The notes beneath the pieces were generated by a model that had not been told where the DNA came from, made no database searches, and was given only the letters and a program-made list of their open reading frames with translations. Positions 55,484 to 64,000 of a stretch of DNA of 64,000 bases are shown piece by piece (the stretch's first letter is position 1; each line of letters opens with the position of its first letter). The position numbers and the translations under genes were made by a program. This stretch comes from an uncultured delta proteobacterium (GTDB lineage: Bacteria > Desulfobacterota > Desulfobacteria > Desulfobacterales > UBA11574), in the NCBI GenBank assembly GCA_963752565.1, contig CAVVZC010000001.1, forward strand, positions 44,099 to 108,098, given 5' to 3'.

Positions 55484-56134
55484 TTACTCCAATATCAACG
55501 AATTGGGATATCGTTTTTTCCAATATTTCCAATGGGTATCTTCAAAAGATATTTTTGGAAGCCACCTTTTGAAATATACTCCCTGTATTCCCATGAGCCC
55601 TTTTTTATATGGATACCAGAGGGTTTCGGTTTCTTTATCGTACAAAACAAACGTATTCTGATACGTCCAACCGGACGGTGTCAGTGTCAATGATCGACCG
55701 TCGATTACACGACTGTACACAGCCGTTAAATTCACGAGAGGTCAGTATCCAGCAGCTATGGGTTTTTCGCCGATATGGCTGTTGGCAATTTCATGATATC
55801 TGAGTTTGTGGACGGAGTAGGCGTGTGCTTCGTTTCCGTCCGTCACCCCGATTACCCGTGGATTGTGACTCAACGAAGATGTGTCTTCAGCCAACAATGA
55901 ATCATCCAGGGGTGTAAAGGCGTTTCGGCCAATGCCATATTGGAACAATTCAGGTTTAAATCCAATGGTTTGTGCCTGGCTAACATCCCAGCGTTCACCG
56001 TTGTAATCTTCTATATAAACTTTCTTTCCGTCACGAACCACCGAAGCAGATGCTAAACCGGCCGCTAAACCGGCATAGATCAGACCGACAACGAAAATCG
56101 TGCTGAAAAGCAAGAGCACTGTTTTAACAGACAT
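55484..56134 (-). CDS. DUF3179-like exported protein with in-frame TGA (55742-55744) read as selenocysteine (candidate)
   Basis: Track ORFs 55742..56134 and 55484..55735 share one frame and are split only by TGA. The joined sequence ...VIGVTDGNEAHAYSVHKLRYHEIANSHIGEKPIAAGY-U-PLVNLTAVYSRVIDGRSLTLTPSGWTYQNTFVLYDKETETLW... is collinear with DUF3179 as I recall it. N-terminal TM/signal anchor present. Confidence 0.6.
55709..55726 (-). promoter_or_regulatory. SECIS-like hairpin 15 nt downstream of the DUF3179 TGA
   Basis: Minus-strand ACGGCUG-UGUA-CAGUCGU. 7-bp stem including one G-U pair, with a GU-containing tetraloop starting 22 nt after the UGA. Confidence 0.45.
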
Positions 56135-56360
56135 AAGACCTCCTTCGTCCCTTACGCCATGTTCTTTAACCGGGACAACGTCTTTTAAATGTTATGGTCT
56201 ATGTCTATTGGTCGGTTCGACAGTTCGATCCTTACACGAATGGTTGAGGGTTGGTTTCAAGAGGTTCTCAAAAATAGTCTTCCCATTCAAAGACGATGTG
56301 AGACGATGGGTTTCCAAGCGAACCAGTTGGGGGTACCTGACCCAGCTTCTGAAAAAACGA

Positions 56361-59111
56361 TCAGAGCTTCTCAGAAATTATTTTTCTTAGTACATACTGA
56401 AGAATGCCGCCATTGATAAAGTAGTCGACTTCTATTTCTGTATCGAGTCGGGCGACAACTTCAAAAGAAACTTCTTTTCCGTCCGTTTTAACCGCTTTTA
56501 CGGACAGTTCTTTTCTCGGATGGATATCTGCGATGCCTTTAATGAAATAGGTCTCCGAACCTGTCAGGCCCAGGGTTTTCAAATTGTCATTTTCTTTGAA
56601 CACCAAAGGCAATACCCCCATTCCAACCAGATTACTCCGGTGTATGCGCTCAAAAGACGTTGCAATCACCGCTTTGACTCCCAAAAGCGCCGTTCCCTTG
56701 GCGGCCCAATCCCTGGAAGATCCTGTACCGTATTCCTTGCCACCCAAAACCACCAGTGGTTTTGATTCCTGAATGTATTCCATGGCCGCATCGTAGATAA
56801 ACATTACTTTCTTGTCCGGGAACTTGAGTGTAAAACTTCCCTCTTTAGGGGATACCAGTTTGTTTTTAATCCGGATATTACCAAACGTTCCCCGCATCAT
56901 GACCTCGTGATTCCCCCTCCGCGAACCATACGAATTAAATGCTTCTGGAACGACATTTTCACGGATAAGATACTTTCCGGCAGGATACTCGGCGGGTATG
57001 GCACCTGCAGGAGAAATATGGTCTGTGGTCACCGAATCTCCTAAAAGTAAAAGCACGTCGGCATCCGCCACATCCGAAGTTTTGAGCGGATCCAGACTGA
57101 AATTTTCAAAAAAAGGCGGTTTTTTGATATAAGAAGACTCAGGATCCCACTCAAACGTCGTACTTTCCGCGACATTCAAAGAGTTCCAGAATCGATCTCC
57201 ATCAAAGATTTTATCGTATTCCTCTTTGAAGAACTCGTTTTTAACGTGTTTTTTGACCAGACGTTCAATGTCATCATCAGCAGGCCAGATATCTTTCAGA
57301 TAGACCGGCTCCCCGTCCCCATCGAATCCCAATGGTTCCATGGTCAAATCGATATCAATCCTTCCGGCAATGGCAAAAGCCACCACCAGAAGTGGGGATG
57401 CCAGATAATTGGCTTTGATACTCTGGTGGATTCTGGCCTCGAAATTTCGGTTTCCCGACAGAACCGACGCCACGGTCAGTTCGTTTTCAGCGATGGCCCT
57501 TTCAATTTCCGGATGCAAGGGGCCGCTGTTTCCGATACAGGTGGTACATCCAAAGGCCGCCAGGTGAAAGCCCAGCGTCTCCAGGTAAGGGGTCAGGCCG
57601 GCAGCCTCCAGATATCGAACGACCACTTTGGATCCCGGCGCCAGGGAGGTCTTCACATAATCCGGAACCTTCAATCCCTTATTCACGGCATTTTGGGCCA
57701 GAAGCCCTGCACCGAGCAGGACAGAAGGATTTGAGGTGTTTGTGCAAGATGTAATGGCGGCGATCACAATGCTCCCGTTACCGACAATTGCATCTTTTCC
57801 GTTGATATTCACCGGACACTTTTTATCGTCAATGGGTTTGCAGGACGACACCCTGGCGGTCTGGCAGCCCGATTCATCGTGAAATGTGGACATGGCGCTT
57901 ATTTCCGCATTTCGGTCATATTCACATCCTAAAACCCCGGCAAATTTGCCTTTTAAATCCTGCAATTCGATTCGGTCCTGGGGTCTGGCCGGACCGGCCA
58001 GCGAAGCTTTAACCGTGGAAAGATCCAGCTCGATCACTTCAGAGTATTCAGGCGTTTCATCGCCGGTGTAAAAAAGACCCTGGGCTCGAGTGTATGTGTC
58101 CGTAAGAACGGCTCGATCTTCTCGATTCGTGAGTTTAAGATATTCCACGGTTTTCTCGTCCACCGGGAAAAAACCCATGGTAGCGCCGTATTCTGGGGTC
58201 ATGTTTGCGATGGTGGCCCTGCCCGGAATAGTGAGCTTCTTCATCCCCGGGCCGAAAAATTCGACAAACTTTTCAACCACGTTGTGTTTTCTGAGAAGTT
58301 CGGTGATGACCAGTACGAGGTCGGTGGCGGTAATCCCTTTTTCAAGTTCGCCGACCATCCGGACACCCACAACCTGTGGAATCGACATGTAATAGGGTTG
58401 TCCCAGCATGACGGCTTCTGCTTCGATGCCGCCAACCCCCCATCCCACCACACCGATGCCGTCGATCATGGTGGTGTGTGAATCGGTGCCGACCAAAGTG
58501 TCGGGATACGCTGTCCAGCCGCCGGTTTGTTTTTGGGCTATCACCACATGACCGATATACTCAAGGTTCACCTGGTGGCATATCCCGGAATTCGGCGGGA
58601 CGACCCTGAAATTATCGAAGCTCTTCTGGGCCCATTTCAAAAGGGCGTATCTTTCCCCGTTTCGTTCGTATTCCTTGGCGACATTCTTTTCTAAAGAATC
58701 TGCTGTCCCGTAATGGTCCACCTGAACGGAGTGATCGACAATCAGATCTACCGGAACCAGAGGATTGATCTTCATTGGATCTCCGCCAAGATCTTTGACC
58801 GCATCCCGCATGGCAGCCAAATCGACCACCGCCGGAACGCCGGTAAAATCCTGCATCAGTACACGGGCCGGATGAAACGGTATTTCCACGGGGTCATCAT
58901 ATGATTTTTTCCACCTCGCTATATTCAGGATATCTTCTTCTTTCACCGTCCGACCGTCGAATTTTCTTAACAGATTCTCAACCAGTACTCTGATGGAAAA
59001 GGGAAGTCGTTTGATATCCGCCATTCCCTTTTCCTCCAACACCGTGATATCTGCAATGCTGTATTCTCTACCCTTGACGTTTATCTTTTTGATAAATTCG
59101 TTTTTGTCCAT
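56361..59111 (-). CDS. acnA: Aconitate hydratase A
   Basis: 916 aa with VGTDSHTTM, ITSCTNTSNP, AFGCTTCIGNSGP and GKEYGTGSSRDWAAKG. Confidence 0.92.
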   Translation of the reverse strand: MDKNEFIKKINVKGREYSIADITVLEEKGMADIKRLPFSIRVLVENLLRKFDGRTVKEEDILNIARWKKSYDDPVEIPFHPARVLMQDFTGVPAVVDLAAMRDAVKDLGGDPMKINPLVPVDLIVDHSVQVDHYGTADSLEKNVAKEYERNGERYALLKWAQKSFDNFRVVPPNSGICHQVNLEYIGHVVIAQKQTGGWTAYPDTLVGTDSHTTMIDGIGVVGWGVGGIEAEAVMLGQPYYMSIPQVVGVRMVGELEKGITATDLVLVITELLRKHNVVEKFVEFFGPGMKKLTIPGRATIANMTPEYGATMGFFPVDEKTVEYLKLTNREDRAVLTDTYTRAQGLFYTGDETPEYSEVIELDLSTVKASLAGPARPQDRIELQDLKGKFAGVLGCEYDRNAEISAMSTFHDESGCQTARVSSCKPIDDKKCPVNINGKDAIVGNGSIVIAAITSCTNTSNPSVLLGAGLLAQNAVNKGLKVPDYVKTSLAPGSKVVVRYLEAAGLTPYLETLGFHLAAFGCTTCIGNSGPLHPEIERAIAENELTVASVLSGNRNFEARIHQSIKANYLASPLLVVAFAIAGRIDIDLTMEPLGFDGDGEPVYLKDIWPADDDIERLVKKHVKNEFFKEEYDKIFDGDRFWNSLNVAESTTFEWDPESSYIKKPPFFENFSLDPLKTSDVADADVLLLLGDSVTTDHISPAGAIPAEYPAGKYLIRENVVPEAFNSYGSRRGNHEVMMRGTFGNIRIKNKLVSPKEGSFTLKFPDKKVMFIYDAAMEYIQESKPLVVLGGKEYGTGSSRDWAAKGTALLGVKAVIATSFERIHRSNLVGMGVLPLVFKENDNLKTLGLTGSETYFIKGIADIHPRKELSVKAVKTDGKEVSFEVVARLDTEIEVDYFINGGILQYVLRKIISEKL

Positions 59112-59204
59112 GACTGTCCTTTTTTTACGTTTCTATGATTTATAATTATTATTTTTACGGACTCTTGGGCAGCATAATGGATAATCTTTTTGGAAAAGCG
59201 TTTT

Positions 59205-59402
59205 CTGTCTGAATGGTTTAGGGGCCGTTAGAAAGGACAGAAACCTGCCAAAATACTCCAATGTATGAGAGGGCAATACTCAAAATGAATTTTCTATTTT
59301 TATGTTGAAATTTGTTCTTTCTTTACGAGCCCTAAACCATGAGTCTCGTCCGCCTCTGGCGAGATCGCACGGTTTGATAAAAAGTATTATCCATGGAGCG
59401 AC
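59205..59402. repeat. Dispersed hairpin element, copy C
   Basis: Left arm ctgtctgaatggtttaggggccgttagaaaggacagaaac (59205-59244) and right arm tttgttctttctttacgagccctaaaccatgagtc (59311-59345). The outer 11 bp atggtttaggg/ccctaaaccat are perfect. Tail ...cacggtttgataaaaagtattatccatggagcgac matches copy A. Confidence 0.75.
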
Positions 59403-59605
59403 AAACACATAAAAACTCTCGACTTCTGAACGAATGAAACTTTAATTGATCGAATTTTCAGACTGTACTTTATTAGCCGAGTCAAGTTTTTGACACAGTG
59501 ACTCGCCCCGTTAGATCGGCTCCTCTGCCGTCTCTCAAAGCCAGAATATAACAAGTCGTGGGCTGAAGCGCAACTTGGAAGTTGAAGTTTTTTCGAAGCC
59601 ATCAA

Positions 59606-59620
59606 ACCTGAACCTCAGGT
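59606..59620 (-). promoter_or_regulatory. SECIS-like hairpin 15 nt downstream of the ArsS-like TGA
   Basis: Minus-strand ACCUGA-GGU-UCAGGU. It can be extended by AUUGA/UUGAU with a bulged C. The loop starts 21 nt after the UGA. Confidence 0.5.
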
Positions 59621-60628
59621 GTCAATAGACCCCCCTCATGTAAATCCCGATCCTGCGGTGCAGGTGTAACAGTGGTCGGCCGTCGCAATATGGCTGCCGG
59701 GTTCTGGCGGTCCCGGCATTTCAAAAATGTGGACTTTGCGCCCGCCCATAAAAAGTCCCCTGGCAAGATTAAAGTCGCAATCGAAAAGATAGCCGTCCCA
59801 GGAAACAGAGACAAGGGTCCGGCACATCAAACCATCGAAAGCACACGCATTGAAATTTGAATAGAGCTTTTTTATATATGTGTCCAAATTGTCCGTCCTA
59901 AACAGCCACTGACGAAATCGGCCCAGAGGTACATTGGCAAAATTAAACAGGTTGTTGAAAACGATTCCCCATTTTCTTTTCAGCACTTGGCGGAATCTCT
60001 TTTCTGTTTGTGTCTGATCCGGCGGTAGAAATGCGCCGGTGGGATTGGATACCAGGTTCAACTCGAGGCCGGTACCTTCGTGTCCGTATCCCAAACTGTT
60101 CAGTTTTTTCAGTGCGTCGATACTTATTTGAAATATGCCGCCGCCCCTTTGTGAATCCGTCTGAATTTCATTTAAAGAAGGAAAAGAGGCCACAATGACC
60201 ACTCGTTTTTCGCTCAAAAATTTCATAAGATGGTCTCTTTTACCATCATTTAACACCGAAAGATTCGAACGTAGCATAATCCGGGAAACAAAATCAGAGA
60301 CACCTTCAATCAGTGTTTCGATATGGGGGTTCAGTTCAGGTGCGCCGCCGGTGATATCGATGATTTCAAATCCGCTCCTATGGGCATAAGATATCACCTC
60401 CTGGATGATTTCCAAATCCATGTTTTCATTTCGATCAGGGCCTGCATTGAGGTGACAGTGTTTGCAGGTCTGGTTACAGAGAAGTCCCAGGTTAACCTGC
60501 AATGTCCGGGTGATCTCCCGATCCAGATTCAGGCCATGACGAGACAGGGTAAGACTAAAAGGCGCAACACCCCCGGGTTCATTGGGGTGTTCTTTTATGT
60601 CTTTTTTTGATGTCTGGCCTTTCGGCAT
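59615..60628 (-). CDS. arsS: ArsS-like radical SAM/Cys-rich domain (seleno)protein; TGA at 59636-59638 read as Sec, true stop at 59615-59617
   Basis: LLCNQTCKHCH (CX3CX2C), IDITGGAPELNP and a Cys-rich tail ...HCYTCTAGSGFT-[TGA]-GGSIDT-[TGA]. ATG at 60628 (MPKGQTS...) is preferred, since the track start overlaps the upstream gene. Confidence 0.7.
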
Positions 60629-60656
60629 TTTTTTACCCTTAAAGGTTGGCTGGGAT

Positions 60657-60989
60657 TTACATGGATATTTTTTCGGCAATATTTCGCATCTGAACGCCGT
60701 GCACCAGTGATGAGCCGCCCCGTATGACCGCCGCAACGTGGACGGCCTCGGTCATCTCTTCAAGATTGGAGCCCTTTTCTAGGCATGCCTGTGTATACGC
60801 ATCGATACAATAAGGACACTGCACGGTATGTGCCACGGCCAGGGCAATCAGGCATTTCTCCCTTTCCGTGAGTTCCCCTTCTGCAAATACAGCACCGTAA
60901 TAATCGAAAAACTTCTTCGCCAGATCCGGCGAATTTTTTCCAATTTCCTCAAACTTTGGAAGATCTTCAGGTTTGTAGTACGTCTCCAT
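60657..60989 (-). CDS. Carboxymuconolactone decarboxylase/AhpD-like peroxidase-family protein (the usual ArsS partner)
   Basis: 110 aa with LTEREKCLIALAVAHTVQCPYCIDAY (CxxC in a CMD fold), immediately upstream of the radical SAM gene. Confidence 0.75.
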   Translation of the reverse strand: METYYKPEDLPKFEEIGKNSPDLAKKFFDYYGAVFAEGELTEREKCLIALAVAHTVQCPYCIDAYTQACLEKGSNLEEMTEAVHVAAVIRGGSSLVHGVQMRNIAEKISM

Positions 60990-61081
60990 GTTTGTTCTTC
61001 CTTTTCAAATATTTAGATTTAAACTTCACATCTGCTATAGCAAAACGATTTAAGATGTTGCTCATCATGAAAAGTGTCTTT

Positions 61082-62548
<1,467 letters not shown>

Positions 62549-62795
62549 GATGCGCTCCTTTTAAAAAAAAACTTATCGATTTTGTTGATTATACATCCAA
62601 GGTTATTTTTGACATACTTTGCAGATTTGTCGAGGTTTCATGCAAATCCTTACACTAAAATTTCATTGCATGTTTCAGAAATCGATTTGTCCTATTAATT
62701 GACGAATTTTTTATTATAAAACTGTAATAGTTTAGTCCTTTGAAACAAATCGATTTCAAAGGAGCTTCAGGTATGATTAAATTTTTGGCTGGAAG

Positions 62796-62964
62796 CTGTC
62801 TGAGTGGATTAGGGATCGTTTTGAAAGAACCATAGGCTATCTAACTTTATGGATGAAACCTCCTGTTAAAGCAGAGACCTTTATTAATAGCCCGAGCAGG
62901 TTCTTTCATTACGAGCCCTTATTCACGAGTTCTTTCATCAAAAATTTAATTATACCTGAAGCGG
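62796..62964. repeat. Dispersed hairpin element, copy B
   Basis: Left arm ctgtctgagtggattagggatcgttttgaaagaacc (62796-62831) and right arm ggttctttcattacgagcccttattcacgagttc (62899-62932). Confidence 0.7.
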
Positions 62965-63008
62965 TAATGTTTTTAAAAGGCTAAAGTGTAACAAAAAACT
63001 TTATTTCT

Positions 63009-64000
63009 TCAGGAAGCATAAATAGAGCATTTTCGCACCCCCATGGCCGCTTCCTGAAGTGCTTCTGAAAAGGTCGGATGGCCGTGAACGGTCCGGGCGA
63101 TGTCTTCGGAGCTTGCCCCAAACTCTATTGCCAAAACACATTCGGCAATTATGTCGGCCGCTCGAGGCCCGATGATGTGGACACCCAGAATTCGATCGGT
63201 TTTGGAATGGGCGATCAATTTGACAAAGCCGTCCTTTTCCCCCATACAACGGGCACGTCCGGCCCCTGAAAAAGGATACGTGCCGACACAGTAGGGAATA
63301 TTTCTTTCTTTGACCTGTTCTTCGGTCAGTCCCACACTGGCCACTTCCGGCCAAGTATATACCACCGCCGGTATGGCATCATAATTCACTTCGCCGGGGA
63401 GCCCCGCAATGCACTCGGCTGCGGCGATTCCCTCGGCTGAGGCTTTATGGGCTAACATGGGGCCGGGAATGAGATCTCCGATGGCATAGACGGTGGAGAT
63501 GTTGGTGCGATAAGATTCGTCTACCAGAACATGTCCGGTTTTAGCGTCTGTTTTAACACCGACGTCTTCCAGTCCGAGATTTTGTGTCAGAGGGCGCCTT
63601 CCAACGGAAACCAGCAGTCGGTCGCAGGATAGCGTCTCTTTTTTGTCTTTATTTTCCAGGGACACCCGAACACCGTTTTTTTGAATTTTTGCCCCGGATA
63701 CCCGGGTGTTGAGACGAATTTCAAGCCCCTGTTTTTTAAGAATCCGCTCCAGAGTCCGGCCCACTTGCCCATCCATGGTTGTTGCGATTTGAGACAGCAT
63801 TTCAACCACGGTCACGTTTGCACCCAGACGCAGCCACACCGATCCCAGTTCAAGACCGATATAACCACCCCCCACAATACCCAGATGTTTGGGTACTGTT
63901 TTAAATTCCAGCGCCTCGGTGGAGGTGACAATACGTTTTCCATCAAATTCAAGACCCGGAACCTGGACCGGCGTGCTTCCGGTGGCCAGAATAATCGATT
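63009..64000 (-). CDS. lpdA: Dihydrolipoyl dehydrogenase, 3' two-thirds (continues past window end)
   Basis: The frame stays open to 64000 (...IILATGSTPVQVPGLEFDGKRIVTSTEALEFKTVPKHLGIVGGGYIGLELGSVW...). Has AIGDLIPGPMLAHKA and HGHPTFSEALQEAAM. Confidence 0.85.
   Translation of the reverse strand, partial: SIILATGSTPVQVPGLEFDGKRIVTSTEALEFKTVPKHLGIVGGGYIGLELGSVWLRLGANVTVVEMLSQIATTMDGQVGRTLERILKKQGLEIRLNTRVSGAKIQKNGVRVSLENKDKKETLSCDRLLVSVGRRPLTQNLGLEDVGVKTDAKTGHVLVDESYRTNISTVYAIGDLIPGPMLAHKASAEGIAAAECIAGLPGEVNYDAIPAVVYTWPEVASVGLTEEQVKERNIPYCVGTYPFSGAGRARCMGEKDGFVKLIAHSKTDRILGVHIIGPRAADIIAECVLAIEFGASSEDIARTVHGHPTFSEALQEAAMGVRKCSIYAS

Noticed and set aside
59602-59814. 70-aa ORF overlapping the 3' end of the ArsS-like gene
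   Set aside because: It is in a different frame from the radical SAM gene and lies within it. The Sec read-through in the ArsS frame explains this region better.

Overview
The window looks like chromosomal DNA from a Gram-negative anaerobe of the Desulfobacterota (deltaproteobacterial) type. That placement is inferred from gene content: LpxI instead of LpxH, a GxxExxY cassette, and apparent Sec-UGA usage.

Layout:
- 1-35.9 kb: an almost unbroken minus-strand envelope supercluster. Reading along the plus strand it holds uxs, a low-GC variable glycan block (methyltransferases, sulfotransferase, GT2, GT10, GT9, GT4), waaC, waaF, lpxL-like, GT2, lpxK, waaA, lptG, lptF, msbA, lpxB, a Gfo/Idh/MocA oxidoreductase, lpxI, lpxA, fabZ, lpxD, skp, bamA, lolD, lolCE and lysS.
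- 36-49 kb: housekeeping genes. These are a PilS-like kinase, pilC, a DHH-CBS-CCA/polyA polymerase fusion, an S2P protease, trpS, scpAB, IHF/HU, tRNA-Val, cysQ and a Sat-like/APS kinase.
- 49.9-52.7 kb: hutU plus a cyclodeaminase.
- 52.7-54.3 kb: gene-poor and decaying.
- 54.3-64 kb: a redox block. It holds a Cys/His-rich miniprotein, a rubrerythrin-like protein, a DUF3179-like protein, acnA, an ArsS-like radical SAM, an AhpD/CMD-like protein and two flavoprotein disulfide reductases.

Most interesting signals:
1. Two in-frame TGA codons, each followed 15 nt later by a short GU-loop hairpin. One joins two track ORFs into a DUF3179-like exported protein. The other adds a C-terminal U-GGSIDT tail to the ArsS-like radical SAM. 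Both are read here as selenocysteine sites.
2. A three-copy dispersed element of about 170-200 nt. It has arms of about 36 nt forming a long imperfect hairpin with compensatory changes, and a variable centre.
3. A GxxExxY (PD-(D/E)XK-like) gene bounded by a perfect 12-bp inverted repeat and wedged inside the LPS core operon, plus ORF-less low-complexity relatives in other spacers of the same operon.
4. A Sat-like domain whose HxxH motif reads QRLQ. It is fused to an intact APS kinase, with cysQ next to it and a sulfotransferase in the glycan block.
5. Several indel-type disruptions (lptG, the disulfide reductase, a CBS gene). These may be assembly errors or real decay.

No CRISPR array, rRNA, transposase or recognisable phage-defence genes were seen.
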